From NCBI GenBank assembly GCA_038230655.1, contig JBBRMU010000003.1:10288-74287 (forward strand): 64,000 bases of DNA, given 5' to 3'. Source of the stretch: Patescibacteria group bacterium (lineage in GTDB: Bacteria > Patescibacteriota > Microgenomatia > UBA1406 > GWC2-37-13). Below the pieces are notes generated by a model. That model saw nothing but the letters and a program-made list of their open reading frames with translations, did not search any database and was not told the origin of the DNA. The position numbers were made by a program, and so were the translations under genes. Below are positions 18,146 through 29,540 of the stretch, piece after piece. Every line of letters begins with the position of its first letter. The stretch's first letter is position 1.

Positions 18146-18179
18146 ATCGGCAATAGTTAAGACACTAAGGTCTTATTTA

Positions 18180-18341
18180 TCACCTTCTTTGAAAGGAACC
18201 ACATGGCCTCCCATGTTTCTTACTAACACGAATAATCGGTTTCTTTTTGTCTTTAGCTGGAGCGATCTCCTGTCCATTCTTCAAACAAACCACCTCCATC
18301 ACCCGACGACTTTCCCGAATAGCGTGTGATTTATGGGCCAT
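18180..18341 (-). CDS. small basic hypothetical protein, 53 aa
   Basis: Not in the track. AAGGAGG lies 5 nt upstream of the ATG (18341). Translated by hand: MAHKSHAIRESRRVMEVVCLKNGQEIAPAKDKKKPIIRVSKKHGRPCGSFQRR, TGA stop at 18182-18180. Confidence 0.5.
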   Translation of the reverse strand: MAHKSHAIRESRRVMEVVCLKNGQEIAPAKDKKKPIIRVSKKHGRPCGSFQRR

Positions 18342-18532
18342 GATGGCCTCCTTGTTTAGATTTGGTTGTTGCCAACCACGATTATTGTATCATATCCAAT
18401 TTTAAATGATTGTAGATTACAGAATTTTTGCCAATGTTTATTTATAGTTTATTAGTTAGCTCATATATAGTTAATAAAAATACGGTAACTTTTTTCCTTA
18501 ATATTACTTAAAAGTAGTTTATAATAGGAAGT

Positions 18533-19780
18533 ATGGGCGATCAGATACAAACACTGAAGGGATTTCGCGATTTTGTCGGAAGTCAAGCAAGAAAAAGAAA
18601 GTGGTTAATTAAAAAAATCGAGACAGTCTTTGAACGCTTCGGCTATGAACCCCTGGAGACACCCGCACTCGAATATGAATCACTTTTATTAGGCAAATAT
18701 GGAACAGAAGCGGATAAATTAATCTATGGATTTGAAGATCGAGGCGGGAGAAGAGTTGCCTTACGTTATGATCAAACAATTCCAACTGCTCGAGTGATTT
18801 CAGAGTACCAAAACCAGTTAGCTCTCCCGTATAAAAGATACCAAATGCAACAGGTTTGGCGTGCTGATAAGCCCCAAAAAGGTAGGTATAGAGAATTTTT
18901 ACAATGCGATGCCGACATAATCGGAACAACAGCAATTTCAGCAGAAGCAGAAATCCTTACCTTATACGCGGCTATTTATACTGAAATTGGACTCGACTCT
19001 CTTAAAATTAAGGTAAATGATAGGGAAGATCTCATAAAAACTCTTGAAACAACTGGAATCCCTCTGGATAAAATCTTCACCGTAATCCAAACCATCGATA
19101 AACTGGATAAAAAATCTAAGGACGAAGTCAGAGATGAGCTTGGTCAAAAAGGAATCGAATCAGAAGTTGCAAAGTCATTACTTTCGACCTTGGAATCTCA
19201 AAAAGTTTCTGAGAAACTTCAAAAAATTATTTCCCTAGCAGAGAGCATGGGTGTGAAAAAAGAGATCTTTACTTTTTCCCCTACCTTAGCCCGAGGACTC
19301 GACTACTATACTGGAATGATTTTTGAGGGGTTTATTCCTGAGTATAAAGGTGGCTCTGTTGGCGGAGGAGGGAGATATGATAAATTACTCAAACAACTGG
19401 TTGAAGTTGAGTTACCCGCTGTTGGTTTCGGCTTAGGATTTGACCGTACATTAGAAGCCGCAGAACAACTGGATAAAGTCCCATCACTTGTTACAACTGC
19501 TCTCGTACTTGTTACAGTATTCTCCCCTGAGTTAACTGATAAATCAATTGAGGTGGCAAATTACTTAAGATACAACAAAGTGCCAACAGAAATATATCTG
19601 GATAGTGAAAAGAAACTTGATAGGCAACTTAAGTATGCTAACAAAAAAGATATTCCTTTTGTCATTATCATCGGCCCTGAAGAAGTAGGAAAAAATATTG
19701 TTAAGCTGAAAGATATGAGAAGCGGGGACCAAAAGAGTATAGAACTATCCGAATGTATATCTTCAATCTTAAGCCGATAA
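18533..19780 (+). CDS. hisS: histidine--tRNA ligase
   Basis: Class II motifs (GFRDF..., YRYDQT-like LRYDQTIP, GGGRYD) and a C-terminal anticodon-binding domain. Confidence 0.95.
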   Translation: MGDQIQTLKGFRDFVGSQARKRKWLIKKIETVFERFGYEPLETPALEYESLLLGKYGTEADKLIYGFEDRGGRRVALRYDQTIPTARVISEYQNQLALPYKRYQMQQVWRADKPQKGRYREFLQCDADIIGTTAISAEAEILTLYAAIYTEIGLDSLKIKVNDREDLIKTLETTGIPLDKIFTVIQTIDKLDKKSKDEVRDELGQKGIESEVAKSLLSTLESQKVSEKLQKIISLAESMGVKKEIFTFSPTLARGLDYYTGMIFEGFIPEYKGGSVGGGGRYDKLLKQLVEVELPAVGFGLGFDRTLEAAEQLDKVPSLVTTALVLVTVFSPELTDKSIEVANYLRYNKVPTEIYLDSEKKLDRQLKYANKKDIPFVIIIGPEEVGKNIVKLKDMRSGDQKSIELSECISSILSR

Positions 19781-19817
19781 CAGCTTAAATCTGAAATAAT
19801 CAACTATAATATCCTAT

Positions 19818-20510
19818 ATGCAAGTAAACCCAAATGTTGTCATTATAGAAGCGATTCCAGGAGTAGGCGGAGATGAGTCTAAACTTTGGTACCAAGAGCT
19901 TCTTTTTTCGTATTTAAAGTTTGCTGAACGGAGAGGTTATACATATACCTACCTGGACGACAATATTGTTAAAGTCACAGGAGAAGGAGCTTATAATTTG
20001 TTCAAGAATGAGACAGGAGTACATCGAGTACAACGTATTCCGACAACTGAAAGAAAAGGGAGAATTCATACTTCCACCTGTGTTATGGTTGTCTATCCTC
20101 AGATTACTCAATCAGATGTAGATATCAGACCAAATGAACTGGACTGGCAGTTCTATAGAGCAGGTGGACATGGTGGACAGAACGTCAATAAGGTTTCAAC
20201 TGCGGTGAGGTTAACCCATAAACCAACTGGGATTGTTGTTACCGCAAGTAGAGAACGGTATCAGGAAGCTAATAGAAAGATCGCTTTGGAACTTCTTGGA
20301 GGAAAACTATTTCAACTTGAGGAGGAAAAAAAGAAAGGTATGATGCACTCGTATGTTCAAGATATTGGATCCGGAGAACGAGCAGATAAAATTAGAACAT
20401 ATAACTTTCCTCAAAACCGACTAACAGATCACAGGATTAATAAAAGCTTCCATAACCTTGAGGAAATTATTGAGCAAGGAAAGTGGGAAAAGGTATTTAT
20501 TAATTCCTAA
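19818..20510 (+). CDS. prfA: peptide chain release factor 1, N-terminally truncated form (230 aa)
   Basis: RF1-type PxT tripeptide ([14 protein letters not shown]), GGQ motif ([11 protein letters not shown]) and canonical C-terminus. It starts at the equivalent of domain 2, only 38 nt after the hisS stop. Confidence 0.85.
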   Translation: MQVNPNVVIIEAIPGVGGDESKLWYQELLFSYLKFAERRGYTYTYLDDNIVKVTGEGAYNLFKNETGVHRVQRIPTTERKGRIHTSTCVMVVYPQITQSDVDIRPNELDWQFYRAGGHGGQNVNKVSTAVRLTHKPTGIVVTASRERYQEANRKIALELLGGKLFQLEEEKKKGMMHSYVQDIGSGERADKIRTYNFPQNRLTDHRINKSFHNLEEIIEQGKWEKVFINS

Positions 20511-20523
20511 ACTATCTTTTGGT

Positions 20524-21909
20524 CTATCGGGTTACAGAAATTTTTTCTCCGTTTTCAGCAAGTGGAGCAATCACCGTTACTCTATTGATGGCATCTCGTG
20601 TCATCTTATACCCAGTATCCCATTTATGAGCGCATTTATTAGGAGTAATATCCTCAACATGTAATGATGGGTCGGTAGGTAAGGCAGGGATATAGTTCGG
20701 CACTAATTTGCTACATATAGTCGGCATAGTTTTACTGCTGACAGATGTTATTATTCCAGGTCCTAATCTATTTATTTCTGAAGGGAGAATTCCTTTATTC
20801 TCAGCAGCATAAGCACCTACTGCATTCAGGATTTGTACGACTGCACTACGCCTCTTAGTATTATCAGCAGACTGAAACTGGCTTCCCGGAATCACTGAGC
20901 CCGATGAACTTGCCATCTCTACGGATAATGACTTAAATACATCTTGAATATTTTGTGGATTATCCGGCTTTTTAACAATTACCTCTTTTCCAAAATCAGA
21001 TAGTTTAAGTAACATGGTTACTGGTGTCTTTTTTGTCAAAGGAGCAGGAAAAGGAGTCATTGAAGAGTAGTCTGATCTCATCGACGGACTCATAGGACTT
21101 GCGGGTTTGAAACTGTAGGAAATACTGATTTTTCGCATATAATAGTCATTTACATCAATCCAAGAATCTACGGTAAAATCCGTAATTATATCTGAGATTT
21201 TAAAGGGACTATTTGAGATATTTTTATACTGAGGATAGTATTTCTCTGATAGATTCGTAAAAAGACTATCCAAAATTTCATCAGTCGGAGAGAAATGTAC
21301 CTTATATGTTCGAAACTCATCAACTGTAGCATTCTCAACTTTAATTGCCTTAGAAAACTGTTTTTCATTTAGCACAGAAAAAAAATTATCTATAAACTCT
21401 TCAGTCAGTGGTTTTGTAGTCTGTTTTTGTTTTAGTTCTTTTCGGGCTTCAGTTTCCATTGGAGTACTGCCAAAGTAAAGCCATTTATTCATAAATTTCA
21501 TCTGTATTTTTTCGGTATAACCAATTTGAGTAAGCATCAGTTTGATGAATGAGGGAATAGTATCAATCTTAAAATATACGAAATGATCTTTAGCCAGAGT
21601 ATTGATCAGGAGCTCCTTTGAGGTAGTGGTAAGAGATATTGTCGGGTTCGTTGAATCTGTATAGTCAACAGGGCCTTTTACTGCTAAGTCAAATCCATTG
21701 CTTCCGATTATTTGGGACAACTCATTGGAGCTTGAGGCAATGGAAAGATCAAAGAAAAACTTTTTAACAGTTGTGTGCGCTTTAATAGTAGCACTCAGTA
21801 AATATCTCGGAGTCTTTGGCATAAAAGGAATACTCATAACGATATTGGTAATCTTATCCTGTAAGGGTCTATTATTTAAATTAATTTTGTCATATGCGAC
21901 CAGCGTCAT
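20524..21909 (-). CDS. hypothetical surface protein with C-terminal pilin-like domain (probably the distal part of a split gene)
   Basis: The C-terminal region DNTKRRSAVVQILNAVGAYAAENKGILP resembles the post-helix region of type IV pilin-like proteins. The N-terminus continues a TM helix from ORF 21927..22235 in the -1 frame. Confidence 0.6.
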   Translation of the reverse strand: MTLVAYDKINLNNRPLQDKITNIVMSIPFMPKTPRYLLSATIKAHTTVKKFFFDLSIASSSNELSQIIGSNGFDLAVKGPVDYTDSTNPTISLTTTSKELLINTLAKDHFVYFKIDTIPSFIKLMLTQIGYTEKIQMKFMNKWLYFGSTPMETEARKELKQKQTTKPLTEEFIDNFFSVLNEKQFSKAIKVENATVDEFRTYKVHFSPTDEILDSLFTNLSEKYYPQYKNISNSPFKISDIITDFTVDSWIDVNDYYMRKISISYSFKPASPMSPSMRSDYSSMTPFPAPLTKKTPVTMLLKLSDFGKEVIVKKPDNPQNIQDVFKSLSVEMASSSGSVIPGSQFQSADNTKRRSAVVQILNAVGAYAAENKGILPSEINRLGPGIITSVSSKTMPTICSKLVPNYIPALPTDPSLHVEDITPNKCAHKWDTGYKMTRDAINRVTVIAPLAENGEKISVTR

Positions 21910-21926
21910 TGATGCAAATATAAGTC

Positions 21927-22235
21927 CTAAAAAAGAATAGGAGCCAATATAAAAAGAATGAGAAACGCATTTCCTCTCGGATGCACACTTACGGAATTCC
22001 CTGAATTTATAGTCACGAAACTACCACTTGAGGCTTGAGGAGTTGAGACTGGTACGGATGTAGACGGAAAGATAATTGGTGTCGTGATGTTTGTTTTTGG
22101 AAGATACCACTCTGTAACTTCAGCTAGCTTAGATGCATCCCAGCCTTTTTGACTTAGCTGGGCGATCACAGCATCATTATTTAGACCCAATTTTTTACAT
22201 TGTTCAAGATAGTCTATAACCTCTTTTGTTAGCAT
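21927..22235 (-). CDS. hypothetical protein ending in a half transmembrane helix (probably the proximal part of a split gene)
   Basis: It ends ...GNAFLILFILAPILF* at an A6/T6 run (21929-21934). See the frameshift finding. Confidence 0.5.
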   Translation of the reverse strand: MLTKEVIDYLEQCKKLGLNNDAVIAQLSQKGWDASKLAEVTEWYLPKTNITTPIIFPSTSVPVSTPQASSGSFVTINSGNSVSVHPRGNAFLILFILAPILF

Positions 22236-22328
22236 AGCTTACTTATTCTGTAATAATTTCGCTGTGATGTCAAATGCATTTCTATCTAGAATCAATTATC
22301 TGAAGAAAGTATTTGCCAGAGTAAATTT

Positions 22329-23987
22329 ATGATAAAATTAGTGGTAATGTTGATGTTAAGAAACTTATCTAAACTTCTCAAAAAAGAGTGGGTCTACCTT
22401 CTTATTTTATCGATATTTATTTTCTTATCAGCAAAGGCCGTTTTACATACAGGATTTTTTAGAACTATCGACGACATAACTACTGTGAGAATACTATACA
22501 TGCTTAAGGAGTTCTCTAGAATCGACTTGATTAATAACTTCCCCATACGATGGTCCGGAGAGCTATCTCACGGATACGGTTACCCTCTTTATCTGTTTTA
22601 TGCGCCTTTGACTTACTATATTGGTGCTATTTTAATGAAATTTTTCGGGTTAAGCCACATTGTTGCAACTAAAGGAGTCTATATTTTTCCTCTCATATTT
22701 GGACCCCTCGGGTTTTACTGGGCTGCCCGAAAAAAACTAGATCAGTTGCCTGCACTGGTTGGAGTATGTTTTTATACCTTATTTCCATTTAGAGGATTCG
22801 ACACCTACTCACGCGGTGGTGTCGGAGAAGCTTGGGCAATGGCTTTTCTGCCTTTTATGATGGGCGGAATCTTCCTAATGGAAAAAAACAATAAATTGGG
22901 TGGTGTGATTTTCTCATTTTTCCTCTTTCTCAGTATCATTTCTCATAACTTAAGCGGGATGTTGATTTTAGGATTTGCAATTCTATACGGCCTTGTCTTT
23001 CAGATAAAAAATAAAGGCTTATGGCATTTTCTCATCCTGGGAATGGGGATGGGAATCTTCTTCTGGCTGCCTTCACTCTATTACTTACCGATAGTTAAGG
23101 TTACTTATTCTCATATGAATACTGGCCAAATTCTCAACTTTTTAGAGCCTTTTTCTAAGTTTATAACAGTAGAACTTCCAGTCCCGCGTGAGGCAAGATT
23201 TTCTGGAATATTTTTTTATATTTACCTCATTGGTTTTGTAATCTGGGCAGTCTATAAGCCTCAAAAAAATAAAAAATTCTTTTTCTTCTGGGGGATATTT
23301 GGTTTGTTTTTATTTTTCATACTATCTGAACCACTTGTTTTTTTCTGGAAAGCTACTCTACCAATTTCTAGAATATTACAGTTTCCATGGAGGGATTTGA
23401 TACTACTTTCATTTGCTCTCCCCTTTTTTACCAGTATATCTATCTCTCTTATAAAAACTCCTCCCCTCCGCTACGCAGCGGCTTTTATAATGATTGCGGT
23501 TCCGCTAATTTTTCTTCCTACTTTTAAGCCTAAAGAATATTCATATTTTTATGAGTACAAAGCCGAAGATACGGGAGCTTGTGCAACGAGCTGGGGAGAC
23601 GAGTATTTACCACTTTGGGTAAAAGAATGCGCTTCTAATCCTGCTCAAAAAACAGTTCTTTTAACGGGAAAAGCCGATCTCAAAATGATTAAAGATGAAC
23701 CGGCAAATATAACTGCTTCTATTCATACTAAAGATAAAACGGATGTGATCGTCAACAAATACTTTTTCCCAGGATGGAAGTTCCTGGTCGATGGTAAAGA
23801 AATTCCTATCAACCACACGTTTTCTAAAAACGGGATCATAAAAGGAAGTATACCTACGGGTGACCATAATCTTCATATATACTACTCGAAAACACCATTG
23901 ATACTAGTGAGTGATCTTATTTCATTGTTGTCAATGATCATCTTTATATCTGTCACAACCACTTTTTTCATGAAAAAAAATAAATAG
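22329..23987 (+). CDS. polytopic membrane protein, GT-C-like glycosyltransferase candidate
   Basis: More than 10 predicted TM segments. Acidic motif [10 protein letters not shown] follows TM1. A soluble C-terminal domain is followed by a terminal TM. Alternative start at 22347. Confidence 0.55.
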   Translation: MIKLVVMLMLRNLSKLLKKEWVYLLILSIFIFLSAKAVLHTGFFRTIDDITTVRILYMLKEFSRIDLINNFPIRWSGELSHGYGYPLYLFYAPLTYYIGAILMKFFGLSHIVATKGVYIFPLIFGPLGFYWAARKKLDQLPALVGVCFYTLFPFRGFDTYSRGGVGEAWAMAFLPFMMGGIFLMEKNNKLGGVIFSFFLFLSIISHNLSGMLILGFAILYGLVFQIKNKGLWHFLILGMGMGIFFWLPSLYYLPIVKVTYSHMNTGQILNFLEPFSKFITVELPVPREARFSGIFFYIYLIGFVIWAVYKPQKNKKFFFFWGIFGLFLFFILSEPLVFFWKATLPISRILQFPWRDLILLSFALPFFTSISISLIKTPPLRYAAAFIMIAVPLIFLPTFKPKEYSYFYEYKAEDTGACATSWGDEYLPLWVKECASNPAQKTVLLTGKADLKMIKDEPANITASIHTKDKTDVIVNKYFFPGWKFLVDGKEIPINHTFSKNGIIKGSIPTGDHNLHIYYSKTPLILVSDLISLLSMIIFISVTTTFFMKKNK

Positions 23988-24028
23988 CTTGTCCTTTTAT
24001 TCAGACATATGTTATAATAAACTCTTCT

Positions 24029-24328
24029 ATGAAACTTAAAATACATCCACAGTTCTACGAAGCTAAAGTAAGCTGTAGTTCATGTGGAAACACATTTACC
24101 ACAGGCTCTACAAAAGAAAACATCAGTGTTGAAGTATGCTTCAACTGTCACCCTTTTTATACTGGTGAACATCGGTTCTTAGATACTCAGGGAAGAGTCG
24201 AAAGCTTTCAGAAAAGACAAGAAGCAGCAAAAGTCTATCAGGCAAAGTACTCAACTAAAAATAATAAGAAGGATAAAAAACAGGAAAAAGAGTCCAAATC
24301 ACTCCGTGAGTTACTGGCTGAAGCCTAA
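24029..24328 (+). CDS. rpmE: 50S ribosomal protein L31 with Lys-rich C-terminal extension
   Basis: [11 protein letters not shown]...CSSCGN...[10 protein letters not shown] is the Cys4 type. The tail adds about 30 aa. Confidence 0.9.
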   Translation: MKLKIHPQFYEAKVSCSSCGNTFTTGSTKENISVEVCFNCHPFYTGEHRFLDTQGRVESFQKRQEAAKVYQAKYSTKNNKKDKKQEKESKSLRELLAEA

Positions 24329-24336
24329 GACTCATA

Positions 24337-24364
24337 TTGACTATCTGGTTTTTTTTGATAAAAT
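24337..24364 (+). promoter_or_regulatory. sigma70-type promoter for rplJ-rplL
   Basis: TTGACT (24337-24342), 16-nt spacer, TAAAAT (24359-24364). Confidence 0.45.
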
Positions 24365-24370
24365 AAAACA

Positions 24371-24481
24371 AGATCACCATGACTTTAGGCTTGATCCGCT
24401 TAAAACGGAACAGTAAGATTATTAATTTCCTAAAGGAGAACTATCCCAAAGCTTTAGCGAATGATAGGCAAGTGAAACACT
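24371..24481 (+). promoter_or_regulatory. putative L10 (rplJ) leader
   Basis: A leader of about 110 nt lies between the predicted promoter and rplJ. This contrasts with the leaderless layout of most other operons here. I could not verify the structure by eye. Confidence 0.3.
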
Positions 24482-25021
24482 ATGTCGAATCTAAAAAAAG
24501 AGTCTCAAATTAATGCATTAATGCAACAACTTGAGAACAAAACCAACTTTGCGTTAATTAAATACGAGAAAACTCTTCATACAACCCTTGAAAGCCTCAG
24601 AAAAGATCTTATAGTGAGCAATTCAAAACTAAAGATAGTCAAAAATACATTATTTGAAAAGGCAGTGAGAAGACTAACTCCTAAGAATAAAGAGTTTAAT
24701 GATGTCGCAAAAATGACATTTCCCTTGAAAGAAAATACCGCACTTTTATTGCTTGGCGAAGACTGGAGTAAAGGCCTCAGTGTATTTAGCAAATTTTTAG
24801 AAAAAGAGAAGTCAATAAAATTTAAATTTGGTTTATTAGAAAATAAAGCATATCCTGCAAAGCAAATTGAACAGATTGCAAAGCTTCCAGGAAAAGATCA
24901 GTTAATTGCCCAACTTATTGGGACAATGAAAGCGCCAATGTCTCATATGACATACGCAATGAAATTCAACATTCAAAAATTAGTTTACGTGCTAAACGCA
25001 CAGTCAAAAAAAGCAAGTTAA
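24482..25021 (+). CDS. rplJ: 50S ribosomal protein L10
   Basis: Position upstream of rplL, uL10-like length, and a C-terminal helix region. Confidence 0.88.
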   Translation: MSNLKKESQINALMQQLENKTNFALIKYEKTLHTTLESLRKDLIVSNSKLKIVKNTLFEKAVRRLTPKNKEFNDVAKMTFPLKENTALLLLGEDWSKGLSVFSKFLEKEKSIKFKFGLLENKAYPAKQIEQIAKLPGKDQLIAQLIGTMKAPMSHMTYAMKFNIQKLVYVLNAQSKKAS

Positions 25022-25045
25022 TATACCAAGGAGGTGAACACAATT

Positions 25046-25438
25046 ATGGCAGATTTATCAGACAAATTACAAAAACTAGCTAAAGAAATAGAAGGTTTAA
25101 ATGTTCTTGATCTAGCAGAATTATCAAAATATTTAGAAGAAAAATTCGGTGTTCAAGCTATGGCTATGGCCGCTCCTGCAGCTGGTGCTGCTTCATCCGG
25201 TGCTGCTGCTCCTGCTGAAGAAAAAACATCATTTACAGTTGTTTTGACAGAAGCTGGCGCCAACAAATTAGCAGTCATCAAAGCTGTACGCGAAGTTCTT
25301 CCTAATCTAGGATTAATGGAAGCTAAAAAACTCGTTGAATCAGCTCCTCAAGACGTCTTACCAGATGCTAAAAAAGTTGATGCCGATGCTGCAAAAGCAA
25401 AGATTGAAGCCGCAGGAGGTAAAGTTACACTTAAATAA
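25046..25438 (+). CDS. rplL: 50S ribosomal protein L7/L12
   Basis: Ala-rich hinge and C-terminal domain ([21 protein letters not shown]...[15 protein letters not shown]). SD AAGGAGG at 25028-25034. The track GTG start lies inside the SD. Confidence 0.95.
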   Translation: MADLSDKLQKLAKEIEGLNVLDLAELSKYLEEKFGVQAMAMAAPAAGAASSGAAAPAEEKTSFTVVLTEAGANKLAVIKAVREVLPNLGLMEAKKLVESAPQDVLPDAKKVDADAAKAKIEAAGGKVTLK

Positions 25439-25478
25439 TTTATTATTTTAAGCGAAATTCATTATCTTTGCGACAATT

Positions 25479-25507
25479 GACGGCTCGGGAAACCGAGTCG
25501 TTTTTTT
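25479..25507 (+). terminator. intrinsic terminator (GAAA-capped hairpin + U7)
   Basis: GACGGCTCGG-GAAA-CCGAGTCG followed by TTTTTTT. Confidence 0.75.
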
Positions 25508-25686
25508 ATTAACCTGTCTAACAGTCATCTGCACGAGAATTTTTTAAAAAAATAAGAATCTTATAATTTTTTCGCGTTTCTCTTAATCTTGGATACACAA
25601 CTAAATCCCTTAAAAGACTCTATTGGAACTTCAGAAAAGAATGCTTCCTTGACAATAAATAAAATGTATGAAAAGATTTTACTAGT

Positions 25687-26985
25687 ATGGTAGACGATAT
25701 ACATCTTAAATCTTATATACAGCAAGAGCAAAGCATTCCTGATAAATCAAAAATAAATGTCCAACTAATTCTCTGTATATTACTAGTTGTAATCCTATAT
25801 TCAGGAGGGATTATTATCCTTATCACTGCAATATTTCAATTCCCTTCTTTGAAATCAAATCAACAAACTGTAAATAATAGTCATCAGATACTAGCAGCAC
25901 CTAAAAAATTGCTGACAGTCTGTGCTTCTGAAAATCCAGAATGTGATTTCTATGGAAATATAGGATTAAACCAGGCCGTAACAAGCATACCTGAAAACCG
26001 TTCTAAAGTAACGATTCTCATTCGGTCTGGTACCTATAAACTTTCTACGAATATTGTAATTCATAACAAAAACCTCAAGATCCTGGGTGAAGGCATTACA
26101 TCAACTAATATATCAGGAGAAAATCTCTCTAATTTATCTGTTTTCAAAATTACTGGATCATCAATAGTAGAGATATCTAATATTAAGATAAGCAATGGTG
26201 GAGGCTCGGATACACAAAAAGACATAGTATATAGTGGTATAGTAGGTTTTAACAACTCCGATATTAACATAGTTGATACTGAGGTTACTCAAAGTAAAGG
26301 ATGGGGAGTTACGTATGGTGATCAAAGTCATGGAACTATACGCCATAGTTTAATTCATGATTGTAGCCTTACAGGTGTGCGTGTTGACGATAATGCTAAT
26401 ATTACGATGAGCACGACGAAAGTCTACTTCAATGAAGAAAACGGGGTTTATCTATCGGCTTTCTCAGACAGTGAGTTAAAAAATAATTTAATTTATGATA
26501 ATCAGCAGTACGGGATAGATATTTATTCAAGACCACAACAACATATTAAACTATTTAATAATGTAGTCTATGGAAATGGTAGCTCTGGACTACGTATGTA
26601 TAATACAAAGGAGAGTTATGTGTTAATTGTCAACTCAGTATTTGCAAAAAATATGAGAATGGGAATTGAATACGTTCGCGATGGCAAGGATAACATCAAT
26701 AAAAATCTAAGTGTCTCTAATAATCTTTTCTGGGAGAATAATCATGGTTGTGTGTTTAGCTTGGTATACTGTACAGCTGAAAACTCCATAAATTTAACTA
26801 GGCATAAACAGGATAGAATTTTTGTTAATGAAAACGAAAAAGATTTCCATTTAACTAATAACTCGATTGCGAAGCATGCCGGTAACGCAAGAATTATGAA
26901 CCCAGATGGAACTAAATCAGATATCGGAGCATATGGCGATCCAGACGCATGTGAATGGAAAGAAAATATGTCAGGATGCAAATAA
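25687..26985 (+). CDS. right-handed parallel beta-helix repeat protein with N-terminal TM anchor
   Basis: Repeated about 22-aa units of the N-x-I/V-x-N / GI.I type (NosD/pectate-lyase-like) follow a TM segment. Confidence 0.65.
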   Translation: MVDDIHLKSYIQQEQSIPDKSKINVQLILCILLVVILYSGGIIILITAIFQFPSLKSNQQTVNNSHQILAAPKKLLTVCASENPECDFYGNIGLNQAVTSIPENRSKVTILIRSGTYKLSTNIVIHNKNLKILGEGITSTNISGENLSNLSVFKITGSSIVEISNIKISNGGGSDTQKDIVYSGIVGFNNSDINIVDTEVTQSKGWGVTYGDQSHGTIRHSLIHDCSLTGVRVDDNANITMSTTKVYFNEENGVYLSAFSDSELKNNLIYDNQQYGIDIYSRPQQHIKLFNNVVYGNGSSGLRMYNTKESYVLIVNSVFAKNMRMGIEYVRDGKDNINKNLSVSNNLFWENNHGCVFSLVYCTAENSINLTRHKQDRIFVNENEKDFHLTNNSIAKHAGNARIMNPDGTKSDIGAYGDPDACEWKENMSGCK

Positions 26986-27004
26986 TGGACTGGTATAAAA
27001 CTGA

Positions 27005-27033
27005 TTGACAAAATCTGAATTAATCAATACACT
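27005..27033 (+). promoter_or_regulatory. sigma70-type promoter
   Basis: TTGACA (27005-27010), 17-nt spacer, TACACT (27028-27033). The ATG at 27042 is only 8 nt downstream. Confidence 0.5.
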
Positions 27034-27041
27034 AAATCAAG

Positions 27042-27452
27042 ATGAGTAAAACTCAAAAAATAGTACTAGGTATGATTACAATATGGCCAATAATTTATAT
27101 TTTTATCTTTATTGCATCTATCTTTAGCTTCCTCTTCGGTTTGCAAGCAAATGGTACTCACGGCTCCACAGCAATGCCAGCATTTTTTCCAGTACTTATT
27201 ATATTTCATATTCTTACAATATTTGTATGTCTGGGACTTTTGGTCTATTATTTAAGACATATGATAACAAATACTTCAATAGCTCAAGATCATAAGACAA
27301 TCTGGATAATAGCTCTTTTTCTTGGCAATATCATAACAATACTTGTTTACTATTATATTCAAATTCTTCGAGATACCCAAATTAGAGTAACTCCAGAGAT
27401 TTCACCCTCAACAATACCATCTTCACCACAAATAACATCTCCAACAACATAA
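27042..27452 (+). CDS. hypothetical membrane protein
   Basis: Four hydrophobic segments and a Pro/Ser/Thr-rich tail. Confidence 0.55.
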   Translation: MSKTQKIVLGMITIWPIIYIFIFIASIFSFLFGLQANGTHGSTAMPAFFPVLIIFHILTIFVCLGLLVYYLRHMITNTSIAQDHKTIWIIALFLGNIITILVYYYIQILRDTQIRVTPEISPSTIPSSPQITSPTT

Positions 27453-27506
27453 CTATTTTTTGTAAATAATATCCAATAAGTAAACGAACGTTTACCAGAA
27501 TTATAA

Positions 27507-29525
<2,019 letters not shown>

Positions 29526-29540
29526 TATTTAAAACCAACT

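Noticed and set aside
17986-18171. Identity of the structured element as SRP RNA, T-box, tRNA-like, RNase P or 6S RNA.
   Set aside because: The GGAA-containing stretch superficially resembles the SRP helix 8 sequence (GGAAGCAGC), but it cannot form the apical hairpin. No T-box consensus (GGTGGTACCGCG) or specifier architecture is present, and hisS has its own abutting promoter. The element has the wrong size and lacks the conserved P4 motifs for RNase P. Its branching is unlike the 6S rod.
22313-22349. A leaderless-type start for the 552-aa membrane protein at 22347 (TAAAAT at 22333-22338).
   Set aside because: The only -35-like element (TTGCCA 22313-22318) is just 14 nt from that hexamer. 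I kept the ATG at 22329 and noted the alternative.
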